Shown here one piece after another: positions 40,587 through 50,068 of a stretch of 64,000 bases of DNA; within the stretch, counting starts at the first letter, position 1, and each line of letters starts with the position of its first letter. Below the pieces are notes generated by a model. That model did not search any database. It had not been told where the DNA came from and saw nothing but the letters and a program-made list of their open reading frames with translations. The DNA is from Spirochaetia bacterium. GTDB taxonomy: Bacteria > Spirochaetota > Spirochaetia > SZUA-6 > Bin103. The stretch is taken from NCBI GenBank assembly GCA_965203515.1, contig OZ241907.1, positions 2,496,001 to 2,560,000 on the forward strand. Reading direction: 5' to 3'. The translations under genes and the position numbers were made by a program.

Positions 40587-41822
40587 GTGATGAGACCTGT
40601 CGAAATCAAGTACCAGCCCGAACGGAGCGTCACCTTCCTGGGAAGCCCCAGCATCGCGCGCCTGCCCGACGGCGCCCTGCTGGTCACCCACGACTACTTC
40701 GGCGCCGGCTGCCCGCGCAACCACGAGGACGAGGAGAGCCTGACCAGCGTCTACCGGTCCGAGGACGACGGCGCCACCTGGCGCAACGTCACCCACCTGA
40801 TGAACGCCTACTGGAGCAGCCTGTTCGTGCACGGCGGCGCGGTCTACCTGCTGGGCGTATCGCAGCAGTACGGCTCGATCGTCATCCGCCGCAGCGACGA
40901 CGGCGGCTTCCGCTGGACCCACCCCAAGGACGCCGGCAGCGGGCTGCTCTTTCCCGGCGGCCCGTTCCACGAAGCGCCCAACTACCACTGCGCGCCGGTG
41001 GCGGTGGCGGAGCACGAGGGCCGCATCTACAAGGCGTTCGAAGACTGCGACCCGTGCGTGTGGGGTACCGGCTTCCGCTCCTGCGTCATCTCGGCGCCGG
41101 TCGGCGCCGACCTGTTGCGCGCCGACCGTTGGCGCATGAGCAACAAGCTGCCGTTCACGCCGGCGTGGACGCCGGCGTCCTGGGGGCCGGTGACGCAACC
41201 CGGCTGGCGCGAAGGCAACGTGGCGGCCGCGCCCGACGGGCAGCTATGGAACGTGCTCACCTTCGAGGCGCGCCCGCTGGCGCAGGACACCGCGGCGATG
41301 GTGCGGATCGACGACGCCGGCGAGCGCGTGAGCTTCGACCCCGGCGCCAACCCCGACCCCGCCTCCCCCGGCGGCGCTGGCGGCTTCATCCGCTTTCCCG
41401 GCGCCAAGGCCAAGTTCACCCTGCGCCGCGATCCGGTGACCGGCGTCTATCTCACCCTGGCCAACGCGGTGACCGACCCCGACCGGCTGATCGCCCACTG
41501 GCAGGTGACGCAGCCGCCGGGCGAGGGGCTGAACAAGCACCCGCGGCAGCGCAATGAGGCGTGGCTGTGCGCCTCCGACGACCTGGTGCGGTGGCGGACG
41601 GTGAAGCGCCTGCTGTGCGACGACAGCGGCCTGCGGCCGGAAGACTCGCGGCGCCTCACCGGCTTCCAGTACGTCGACTGGCAGATCGACGGCGACGACC
41701 TGATCTACGTCGTGCGCACCGCCTTCCGCGGCGCCCGCAACTTCCACGACTCCAACCGCATCCTGTTCTGCCGGGAGCCCGCGTTCCGTGCCCTGCTCGC
41801 CGGCGGCCGCGCGGCCGGTTGA
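40587..41822 (+). CDS. Sialidase/BNR-like beta-propeller hydrolase
   Basis: GSPSI, Asp-boxes SEDDGATW and SDDGGFRW, EGN, FQYVDW, NFHDSN. Confidence 0.75.
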   Translation: MMRPVEIKYQPERSVTFLGSPSIARLPDGALLVTHDYFGAGCPRNHEDEESLTSVYRSEDDGATWRNVTHLMNAYWSSLFVHGGAVYLLGVSQQYGSIVIRRSDDGGFRWTHPKDAGSGLLFPGGPFHEAPNYHCAPVAVAEHEGRIYKAFEDCDPCVWGTGFRSCVISAPVGADLLRADRWRMSNKLPFTPAWTPASWGPVTQPGWREGNVAAAPDGQLWNVLTFEARPLAQDTAAMVRIDDAGERVSFDPGANPDPASPGGAGGFIRFPGAKAKFTLRRDPVTGVYLTLANAVTDPDRLIAHWQVTQPPGEGLNKHPRQRNEAWLCASDDLVRWRTVKRLLCDDSGLRPEDSRRLTGFQYVDWQIDGDDLIYVVRTAFRGARNFHDSNRILFCREPAFRALLAGGRAAG

Positions 41823-41858
41823 CGGCTCGCGCTCAGGCGGCCGATCATCCGGCTTGCC

Positions 41859-42800
41859 GTGAGGCCAGCCCCGGCGGTCCCCGCGACCGCGCCCCGCATG
41901 GCGCCCGCCGCGCGCCTGGCGCGATCATGGCAGCTCTATCTGCTGCTGCTCCCCACCGTGCTGCTGGTGTTCCTGTTCCAGTACGTGCCGATGTACGGGG
42001 TCACCATCGCCTTCAAGAACTTCAAGCCGCACCTGGGCGTGCTGGGCAGCGACTGGGTGGGGCTGCGCCACTTCATCCGCTTCGTCGAGTCGCCGAGCTT
42101 CTGGCGGCTGATCAGGAACACCGTCCTGCTCTCAGGCTACGAGCTGCTGGTCGGGTTCCCGGTCCCGATCGCGCTGGCGCTGATGATGAACGTGGTCACC
42201 GGGCGCCGCTTCAAGCGCACGGTGCAGATGGTCACCTACGCCCCGCACTTCATCTCCACGGTCGTGATCGTCGGCATGCTGGGCGTGTTCCTGTCGAAGA
42301 ACTTCGGGCTGGCCAACCATCTGCTCGACGCGCTCGGCGGGGAGCGGGTCTTCTTCCTGGGACGGAAGGCGTGGTTCCGCACGCTGTACGTCTTCTCCGA
42401 GGTGTGGCAGAACGCCGGCTGGGGCACCATCATCTACCTGGCGGCGCTCAGCGCCATCGACCCGGAGCAGCACGAGGCGGCGGTGGTCGACGGCGCCACC
42501 CTCTGGCAACGGGTGCGGCACATCGACATTCCCGGCATCCTGCCGACGATCGTCATCCTGCTGATCCTGAACGTGGGGCGGATCATGAACGTCGGCTTCG
42601 AGAAGGCGTTCCTGATGCAGAACGCGCTCAACCTGGAGGTGTCCGAGATCATCCCCACCTACGTCTACAAGGTGGGGCTGATCGACGCGCGCTACAGCTT
42701 TTCCGCCGCGGTCGACCTGTTCAGAACGGTGATCAACTTCGCGCTGCTGATCTCCGTGAACCGGGTCGCCAAGCTCCTGGGTCAATCGGGACTCTGGTAG
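41859..42800 (+). CDS. Carbohydrate ABC transporter permease (LplB-like)
   Basis: YVPMYG, PHFIS.V, GWGTIIYLAAL, EAA.VDGA loop; alternative start 41898. Confidence 0.92.
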   Translation: MRPAPAVPATAPRMAPAARLARSWQLYLLLLPTVLLVFLFQYVPMYGVTIAFKNFKPHLGVLGSDWVGLRHFIRFVESPSFWRLIRNTVLLSGYELLVGFPVPIALALMMNVVTGRRFKRTVQMVTYAPHFISTVVIVGMLGVFLSKNFGLANHLLDALGGERVFFLGRKAWFRTLYVFSEVWQNAGWGTIIYLAALSAIDPEQHEAAVVDGATLWQRVRHIDIPGILPTIVILLILNVGRIMNVGFEKAFLMQNALNLEVSEIIPTYVYKVGLIDARYSFSAAVDLFRTVINFALLISVNRVAKLLGQSGLW

Positions 42801-42816
42801 GCCCAAGGCGGAGCGG

Positions 42817-43725
42817 ATGATAGCGCTGGGGCGACAGGACCGCATCCTCAACGGCTTCGTCTACGCCCTGTTGTCACTGGTGCTGCTGGCGGTCGCCTAC
42901 CCGCTGTTCTTCGTGGTCATCGCCTCGATCAGCGACCCGTACCTGGTCAATCGCGGGCTGGTGTGGCTGGTTCCGCGCGGGATCACCCTGGAGGGGTACG
43001 AGCGCATCCTGCAGCACGAAGACCTGCTGCGCGGCTACCGCAACAGCCTGATCTACGCCGCCGTCGGCACGACGCTCAACCTGAGCCTGACCCTGACGTC
43101 CGCCTACGCCCTGTCGCGCCGCGACCTGCGCGGCCGCAACGCCTTCATGCTCTACCTCACCTTCACGATGTTCTTCAGCGGGGGGGGGCTGATCCCCACC
43201 TTCCTGCTGATCCGCTCCCTGGGCCTCTACAACTCCTTCTGGATCATGGTGCTGCCGGCCGCCGGCAGCGCCCTGCACCTGACCGTGTCGGTGTTCAACA
43301 TCATCATCGCCCGCACCTTCTTCATGAACACCATCCCGCAGGAGCTGCTCGACGCGGCGGTGATGGACGGCTGCAGCGACCTGCGCTTCTTCCGCACCGT
43401 GGTGCTGCCGCTGTCCGGGGCGATCGTCGCCGTGCTGATGGTGTTCTACGCGGTCGGCCACTGGAACGGGTTCTTCCACGGCCTGATCTACCTGCGCGAC
43501 CGGGAGCGCTTCCCGCTGCAGTTGATCCTGCGCGACATCCTGATCCAGAACACGTTCACCGAGGAGATGGAGATCGACGACGAGAACGCGATGGCGGCGA
43601 TGATGCTGGCCGAGTCGATCAAGTACGGGATGATCATCGTCGCCAGCGTGCCGATGCTGGTGCTCTATCCGTTCGTGCAGAAGCACTACGTGCGCGGCGT
43701 GATGATCGGCGCGATCAAGGGATGA
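42817..43725 (+). CDS. Carbohydrate ABC transporter permease
   Basis: AYALSR, FFSGGGLIP, ELLDAAVMDG, YPFVQKHY, GAIKG. Confidence 0.92.
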   Translation: MIALGRQDRILNGFVYALLSLVLLAVAYPLFFVVIASISDPYLVNRGLVWLVPRGITLEGYERILQHEDLLRGYRNSLIYAAVGTTLNLSLTLTSAYALSRRDLRGRNAFMLYLTFTMFFSGGGLIPTFLLIRSLGLYNSFWIMVLPAAGSALHLTVSVFNIIIARTFFMNTIPQELLDAAVMDGCSDLRFFRTVVLPLSGAIVAVLMVFYAVGHWNGFFHGLIYLRDRERFPLQLILRDILIQNTFTEEMEIDDENAMAAMMLAESIKYGMIIVASVPMLVLYPFVQKHYVRGVMIGAIKG

Positions 43726-43793
43726 TGATCCCGGCATCGCGTAATCCGGCGGGATCGCGTAATCCGGCGGGATCGCGTGATCCGGCGGGATCG
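43726..43793. repeat. 18-bp intergenic tandem repeat, about 4 copies
   Basis: Unit CGTRATCCGGCGGGATCG repeated between the permease stop and the SBP leader. Confidence 0.85.
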
Positions 43794-43871
43794 AACAGAA
43801 TGAACCGGGAAACCGGAACCGGAAGTTGGGACCGTACGGGCCCCACACAGACTATCAGGAGGTGTTTCGTG

Positions 43872-45470
43872 ATGAGGAACATCAGCAGGGCTGCCGCCGC
43901 GGCGGCGGCCATCGCGATCGCAGCCGGGGCCGCGTGGGCCGCCGGCACCGAGGAGGCCGCTACCGGAGAGGGGCGGCTGGATGCGGTCGGCTTCAACGCC
44001 GGCGGCTATCCGATCGTCGACCAGCAGGTGACCGTAAACGCCCTGATTCAGCGGCCCGGCCACATACCGACGCCGTTCGACGAGCAGACGCTGCTGGTCG
44101 AGATGCAGGAACGCACCAACGTCGACATCGTGTTCGAAGAGGTGCCGCAGGCGCAGGTGCGGGAGAAGACCAACCTGCTGTTCGCCAGCCGCGAGTATCC
44201 GGACGTGATCTTCGTGGCCGGGGTGCAGGACCGGCTGCTCTGGGACGCCGCCCAGGCCGGCGACGTCTGGGCGCTGAACGACCTGGTCGAGGAGTACGCG
44301 CCGAACTGGCAGCGGGCATTCGAGGAACGGCCGGTGATCCGCAACGCGATCACCATGCCGGACGGCAACTACTACAGCCTGCCGTACTACCGCGAGATCC
44401 TCAACGACTTCGGCATCCGCGACATCCAGGCGATCAACGTCGACTGGCTGAACACGCTGGGGCTGGAGATGCCGCAGACCACCGAGGAGCTGTACGAGAC
44501 GCTGAAGGCGTTCCGCGCGGGGATCGACGACGGCACGCTGCCGCAGGACGGCATCCCCTGGTACTTCCGCTTCCACCAGTGGGTGGGCGGCGAGTTCGAG
44601 ATCTACAACGCCTTCAACCTGTGGATGAAGGGTCAGGGCTCCGGCGCGCAGCGCTACCTGTCGGTGAACGACGGCGTGGTGGAGTTCGGCGCCGCCGATC
44701 CCAAGCTCAGGGACGCTGTCAACTACATGCACCGCCTGTTCAGCGAAGACCTGATCCCCGAGGAGGTGTTCACCGACGCCTGGGACGACTACCTGGCCAA
44801 GTCGCGCTCGGTGCCGCCGATCACCGGCATGTGGGGCTCCTACTTCATCGTGTCGCCGGTCGAGGAGTGGTACGATCCGCTGCCGCCGGCGGCCGGACCG
44901 GACGGGACGCGGCGGTTCCGGTCGCAGCCGGTGCGCCTGCAGAAGAACGCGTTCACCATCTTCAGCACGTTCGAGCTGCCGGAGGTGATGGTGCGCTTCA
45001 TCGACGCCTGGGCGGACGACGACTTCAGCGTGCAGGCGTCCTACGGCGGCCCGATGATCCAGCAGAACGCGGACGGCTCGCGCACCGTGGTGGGGCGCGG
45101 CACCGAGTGGTACAACCACGGCCCGCACAACCACTTTCCGTCCTACATCTCGAAGCGGGCGTCGGACGACGTGCGCTGGACCGGTGAGCAGGGCGCCCGC
45201 GATCAGTACGTCAACGAGGTGTTCGCTCCCTACCTGTGGCCGCAGGACCGGCATTACGCCTACATCACGTTCACGGACGCGGAGCAGGAGGAACTGTCGA
45301 TCCAGGAGACCGAGATCGGCGACTACGTCAAGACCACCATCGCGCGCTGGATCGTGGAAGGGACCGCCGACGCGGAGTGGGACGGCTACCTGCAGGACCT
45401 CGACCGCTTGGGCTTGCCCCAGGCGATGGAGATCTACCAGGCCGCCTACGACCGCTTCTCCGGCAACTGA
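43872..45470 (+). CDS. Carbohydrate ABC transporter solute-binding protein
   Basis: AGGAGG SD, signal peptide ..AWAAGTEE, DGNYYSLP, INVDWL..LGLE.P.TTEELY. Confidence 0.92.
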   Translation: MRNISRAAAAAAAIAIAAGAAWAAGTEEAATGEGRLDAVGFNAGGYPIVDQQVTVNALIQRPGHIPTPFDEQTLLVEMQERTNVDIVFEEVPQAQVREKTNLLFASREYPDVIFVAGVQDRLLWDAAQAGDVWALNDLVEEYAPNWQRAFEERPVIRNAITMPDGNYYSLPYYREILNDFGIRDIQAINVDWLNTLGLEMPQTTEELYETLKAFRAGIDDGTLPQDGIPWYFRFHQWVGGEFEIYNAFNLWMKGQGSGAQRYLSVNDGVVEFGAADPKLRDAVNYMHRLFSEDLIPEEVFTDAWDDYLAKSRSVPPITGMWGSYFIVSPVEEWYDPLPPAAGPDGTRRFRSQPVRLQKNAFTIFSTFELPEVMVRFIDAWADDDFSVQASYGGPMIQQNADGSRTVVGRGTEWYNHGPHNHFPSYISKRASDDVRWTGEQGARDQYVNEVFAPYLWPQDRHYAYITFTDAEQEELSIQETEIGDYVKTTIARWIVEGTADAEWDGYLQDLDRLGLPQAMEIYQAAYDRFSGN

Positions 45471-45477
45471 TCTTACC

Positions 45478-45516
45478 CGCGCCGGAGGCGGCTACCGGGT
45501 AGCCGCCTCCGGCGCG
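45478..45516. terminator. Perfect 18-bp stem-loop after the SBP gene
   Basis: CGCGCCGGAGGCGGCTAC-CGG-GTAGCCGCCTCCGGCGCG; no strong U-tract. Confidence 0.7.
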
Positions 45517-45539
45517 CCGTTCGCTATACTCTTGAGACC

Positions 45540-47399
45540 ATGATCGACGCTCGGCCTCTGCGGACCGTCGGCCGCTGCCTGACGGTCTTCGCCGCGCTTG
45601 CGCTGGCGGCGGCGGCCGCCGCGGCCGAGCCGGCGCATTCGGTGGCGCGGCGCTGGAACGAGGTGCTGCTGCAGGCGATCCGCAACGACTTCGCCCGCCC
45701 GCCCGTCCACGCCCGGAACCTCTATCACGTCACGGTCGCCATGTGGGACGCCTGGGCCGCCTACGACGACACGGCCCGACCGGTGCTGGTCGACGCGCGC
45801 GCCTGGATCGACGAACCGGCGGCCGCCGGCGACGATGCCGCCGCGCGCCATGAGGCGATCAGCTACGCCGCGTACTACGTGCTCTACAGCCGCTACTTCG
45901 AATCCCCCGGCGCCTACGAGTCGCTGACCGGCTTCGATGACCTGATGGCGGAGTTCGGCTACGACCCCGCCAATACCGTCCGGGAGGGATCGAGCCCGGC
46001 GGCGATCGGCAACCGCATCGGCCACCTGATCATCGAACACGGGTACGACGACGGAGCCGACGAGCTCGGCTCCTATGCCTTCGAGTACGAGTACCGGCCC
46101 GCCAACCGGCCGATGGTGGTGGGGGAGTCGGGCGCCGGTCCGGTGCAGGACCCCAACCGCTGGCAGCCGCTGGCGCTGCGCCGGTTCGTGGACCAGGCGG
46201 GGCGGCAGCAGCCGGGCAACGTCCAGCGCTTCATCGGCTCGCACTGGGGCGCGGTGACCCCGTTCGCCCTGTCGCCGGACGGCATGGTCGAAGACGGCGT
46301 CTACCTCGACCCGGGGCCGCCGCCCTATCTGGGAGGCGATCGCACCCGCGAATACCAGACGGCGTTCGCGGAGGTGCTCCGCTACGGCGCCACCCTCTCC
46401 CCCGACGACGGCGTGCTGATCGACATCTCGCCGGGCGCGCGCGGCAACAACAACCTCGGCGCCAACGACGGCCGCGGCCATGCCGTGAATCCGGTGACCG
46501 GCACGCCGTACGCGCCCAACGTCGTCAAGCGGGGCGACTGGTCGCGGGTCATCGCCGAGTTCTGGGCCGACGGTCCCGACTCGGAGACGCCGCCCGGACA
46601 CTGGAACTCCCTTGCCAACTACGTCACCGACCACCCGGACACGGTGCGGCGCCTGGGCGGCGCCGGAGCGGTGCTCGATCCGCTGGAGTGGGACCTGAAG
46701 CTCTACCTGGCGCTCAACGGCGCCGTGCACGACGCGGCGATCTGCGCCTGGGGCCTCAAGGGCCGCTACGACTACGTGCGGCCGATCACGGCGGTCCGGT
46801 ACATGGCGACGCTCGGCCAATCCTCCGACCCGAACCTGCCCGCCTATCACGAACACGGCCTGCCGCTCTACCCGGGACTGATCGAGGTCATCACCGCGGA
46901 GTCGGCGGCGGCCGGCGAGCGCCACGCCCACCTTGCCGAGCACGTCGGCTCGGTCGCGGTCTACGGGTGGCTCGGCAAGCCGGAGGACCCGGAGACGCAG
47001 TACAGCGGCGTCGGCTGGCTCCTGGCGGCCGATTGGCTGCCCTATCAGCGCGACACCTTCGTCACGCCGCCGTTCGCGGGCTACGTCTCCGGCCACAGCG
47101 CCTTCAGCCGCGCCGCCGCCGAGGTGATGGCGCGCTTCACGGGGAGCGAATTCTTCCCCGGCGGCCTGGGCGAGTGGGTCGCCCCCGTCAATGACTTCCT
47201 GGTCTTCGAGGCTGGGCCGACCGAGACGGTCACCCTGCAGTGGGCCACCTACTACGACGCCTCCGACGAGGCCGCCATCTCCCGGCTGTACGGCGGCATC
47301 CACCCGAGCGTGGACGACCTGCCCGGCCGGATCGTCGGCTCGAAGATCGGCATCGCCGCCTTCGAGCACGCCCTGACCTACTTCGGCGACCGGTCGTAG
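45540..47399 (+). CDS. Secreted vanadium-dependent haloperoxidase / PAP2-superfamily protein
   Basis: Signal peptide; WGLKGRYDYVRP, PPFAGYVSGHS, SRLYGGIH vanadate-binding motifs. Confidence 0.85.
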   Translation: MIDARPLRTVGRCLTVFAALALAAAAAAAEPAHSVARRWNEVLLQAIRNDFARPPVHARNLYHVTVAMWDAWAAYDDTARPVLVDARAWIDEPAAAGDDAAARHEAISYAAYYVLYSRYFESPGAYESLTGFDDLMAEFGYDPANTVREGSSPAAIGNRIGHLIIEHGYDDGADELGSYAFEYEYRPANRPMVVGESGAGPVQDPNRWQPLALRRFVDQAGRQQPGNVQRFIGSHWGAVTPFALSPDGMVEDGVYLDPGPPPYLGGDRTREYQTAFAEVLRYGATLSPDDGVLIDISPGARGNNNLGANDGRGHAVNPVTGTPYAPNVVKRGDWSRVIAEFWADGPDSETPPGHWNSLANYVTDHPDTVRRLGGAGAVLDPLEWDLKLYLALNGAVHDAAICAWGLKGRYDYVRPITAVRYMATLGQSSDPNLPAYHEHGLPLYPGLIEVITAESAAAGERHAHLAEHVGSVAVYGWLGKPEDPETQYSGVGWLLAADWLPYQRDTFVTPPFAGYVSGHSAFSRAAAEVMARFTGSEFFPGGLGEWVAPVNDFLVFEAGPTETVTLQWATYYDASDEAAISRLYGGIHPSVDDLPGRIVGSKIGIAAFEHALTYFGDRS

Positions 47400-47419
47400 C
47401 GGGCGGCCGGCGCCCCACC

Positions 47420-48607
47420 CTACCCGACGGCACGCCGCAGGCGAGCGGCCAGATTTCCGCGCCGCTCGACGATCACTTCGCTCAGTTCCAGCCAGGACGC
47501 CATCGACCGAAGCTGCGCGGCCAACTCGACCGACACCGCGTCGGGCTCGCACCCTGCTTCCCGGTATGCGCCGCGGACCAGCAGTACGCCGCGCGCCCGG
47601 TCGGCCTTGAGGTCGACGCGGGCCGCCAGCGCGTCGTCGATCAGGAACGGGTAGACGTAGTAGCCGTACTGCCGTTCCGGCTCGGGCACGTAGATCTCGA
47701 TGCGGTACCGGAAGCCGAACAGGCGCTCGGTCCGGTCCCGGCGCCAGATCAGCGAGTCGAACGGGCTGAGCAGCGCGCCGGCGCGTATGCGGCGCGGCGT
47801 GCGGGCATCGCGGTGCAGGTACGCGGGCCGATCCCAGCCTTCCACGCGCGCCTCCGCCAACTCCCCCTCCTCGACCAGTTCCTGCAGCCGCGGCCGCGCC
47901 TGCGGCATGCGGATGCGGTAGTAGTCGGCAAGGTCGGCGGCGGTGCCGACGCCGTGCGCGCGGCCGGCCAGACGCAGCAGTTCGCGCTGCGCGTCAGGCG
48001 CCTCCGGCGCCGGTTGGGAGAGCGCGTGCGCCGGGATCACGCGCTCGGTCAAGTCGTAGACGCGGACGAAGTTGCCGCCCCGGCACGCCGCCAGCCGGCC
48101 GGCGGTGAACAGCGACTCCAGGGCGCGCTTGCCGTCGCTGCGCCCCCACCAGGACGGTTTGCGTCGGCGTCCCTGGTCGCGCAGCTCCGACACGGCGAGC
48201 GGACCGCGCTCGGCGACGTCCCGGTAGACCGCCTCGACGTAGGCGCCTTGGTCCTGCGCGAAGTCGACCATCGAGCGGGAGCGGGCGGCCTGCATGCGGT
48301 GGCGCAGCAGCGGGTAGTGCTCGACCGGCAGCAGCGACGCCTCGTGAGCCCATGCCTCGAACAGCCGCCGCTTGCGGTACGCGTACGCGTCGAGCCGCTC
48401 CGGCCGGTACGGGCCGAGGCGGGAGAAGGCCGGCATGTAGTGCGCGCGCACCGCCACGTTGACCGAGTCGAGCTGCACGACCTTGACCCGCTCGAAGAGC
48501 CGGTCGAAGTGGCGGCTGTCGATCCGGCCGGCCGGCGCCCGGTCGGCGAATCCTTGCGCCGCCAGCGCGACGCGCCGCGCCTCCCGGTTGGACAGATCGG
48601 TCTTCAG
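47420..48607 (-). CDS. YcaQ/AlkZ-like winged-helix DNA cross-link repair glycosylase
   Basis: ARRVALAAQGF, VQLDSVN..RAHY..FSRLG, EAWAHEAS, LLSPFD, YRIEIYVP..RQYGYY; probable CTG start after a GGAGG SD. Confidence 0.87.
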   Translation of the reverse strand: MKTDLSNREARRVALAAQGFADRAPAGRIDSRHFDRLFERVKVVQLDSVNVAVRAHYMPAFSRLGPYRPERLDAYAYRKRRLFEAWAHEASLLPVEHYPLLRHRMQAARSRSMVDFAQDQGAYVEAVYRDVAERGPLAVSELRDQGRRRKPSWWGRSDGKRALESLFTAGRLAACRGGNFVRVYDLTERVIPAHALSQPAPEAPDAQRELLRLAGRAHGVGTAADLADYYRIRMPQARPRLQELVEEGELAEARVEGWDRPAYLHRDARTPRRIRAGALLSPFDSLIWRRDRTERLFGFRYRIEIYVPEPERQYGYYVYPFLIDDALAARVDLKADRARGVLLVRGAYREAGCEPDAVSVELAAQLRSMASWLELSEVIVERRGNLAARLRRAVG

Positions 48608-48728
48608 AGTCGCCCCCTCCGCGCCTTGTAATCGATTTGAGATGAGGCTAGCGTTTTGTAAGCGTATTTGAACGCGCGTAACCGATTTTGCATGACGAGC
48701 CCGTAGGGAACCAGGAGGCAACGGTCTT

Positions 48729-49985
48729 TCAGAACATGCTCAGCACCAGTCGCAGCCGCTCCTCCAGGGTCTCGAACGAGTAGTAGGTACGGGCGATCCG
48801 GTAGTTGTGCTCGGCCGCCGCGGCGCGCAGGGCCGGGTCGCTCAGGTACCTGCGCGCTTCGCGAACGGTGTCGTCGCTGACGAACTCGTCCATCTCGATC
48901 GTGCGGAAGCCGAGCGGCTCGATGTCGTGGGTGTAGACCGAGTAGCGGTTCACGACGAGCGGCTTGCGGAAGTAGATCGCCTCCAGGAAGGCGTTGCCGA
49001 ACCCTTCGAACAACGACGGGTAGGTGACCAGGTCCGCATGCGGATAGACGTCCGCCAGCGCGTACACCCGGCGGCCGTCATCGGTGGCGCCGCGGCGGAC
49101 GTCGATGATGTCGCTGACGAACAGCGCGTTGACGCCGAGCAGCCGCGCGTATTCGCGGATGCGCACCTCGTACTCGCGTCCTTCATCGCCGGCGGCGTGC
49201 GAGATCACCAGCTTCGCCGGCAGGTCGAGCCGCCGCACCAGCTCGATGGCGTGCTCGATCCCCTTGCGCTGCAGCACCCGGGTCGGCTGCAGGATCAGCG
49301 CTTCGTCGGCGCCGAGTCCCAGCGACGCGCGCACGCCGGCGTTGTACGCGTCGGTCGGCGGCGCCGCGGCGGCGAAGTCCATGACGTTCGGGATCAGGGT
49401 GGCGGTGGCGCCGGTCCGCAGCGCCAACTGCTCGCGGCCTGCGGAGTTGATCACCACGTGCTGGATCGACGGCAGCGACGGCGGGCAGGCGCTCCGCAGG
49501 AAATCGCCGATGCAGGTGCGCACGAACCGCTTGCGCTCCCAATGGAAGTCGTGATGGTGCGCGATGGTGGGAATGCCGGTCTCGGCGATCGCCTCGGTCA
49601 CGGCGAGCGCCAGCGGCACGTTGAGCGGTATCGTCAGGACGTTCTCCACGATCAGCAGCTCGACCCGCGAGCGCCGCAGGAAGTCATGCACGCTCCGTTT
49701 GAGCGTCGCGCGCAGATGGTGAATCCGCTCGGTGATCCGCGCGCCGCGCACCTCGCAGCCGAAGCAGGCGGCGGTGAGCGCCTCCACCGCCGGATGCCGG
49801 AAATGGGCAAGCGGGCACCGGAACGATCGCTCCGGCGGCGTCTGCAGCTCGCCGCCGAAGTACCAGCTCTCATAGCCCAGCCGGCCGAGCACCGCCGCCC
49901 ACTTGAACGCTTCCAGCGACACGCCGTCGGTCCCCGCCAGACGGAACGACAGGATGCCCGCTCGCTTGTTCCCTTCCATGCTCAC
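48729..49985 (-). CDS. GT4 glycosyltransferase (mannosylglucosylglycerate-synthase-like)
   Basis: RLAGTDGVSLE, HHHDFHWER, QPTRVLQRKGIE, YPSLFEGFGNAFLEA. Confidence 0.82.
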   Translation of the reverse strand: MSMEGNKRAGILSFRLAGTDGVSLEAFKWAAVLGRLGYESWYFGGELQTPPERSFRCPLAHFRHPAVEALTAACFGCEVRGARITERIHHLRATLKRSVHDFLRRSRVELLIVENVLTIPLNVPLALAVTEAIAETGIPTIAHHHDFHWERKRFVRTCIGDFLRSACPPSLPSIQHVVINSAGREQLALRTGATATLIPNVMDFAAAAPPTDAYNAGVRASLGLGADEALILQPTRVLQRKGIEHAIELVRRLDLPAKLVISHAAGDEGREYEVRIREYARLLGVNALFVSDIIDVRRGATDDGRRVYALADVYPHADLVTYPSLFEGFGNAFLEAIYFRKPLVVNRYSVYTHDIEPLGFRTIEMDEFVSDDTVREARRYLSDPALRAAAAEHNYRIARTYYSFETLEERLRLVLSMF

Positions 49986-50068
49986 CGTCCCCGGAGCGCG
50001 TCCCTGCGCCCCCTATCCTTATCGGCGGCGATTGACCGCGCGCAAGCGGGCGGCCACCATCGCGCGCC

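Noticed and set aside
43726..43793. Mini-CRISPR
   Set aside because: Head-to-tail 18-bp units with no spacers
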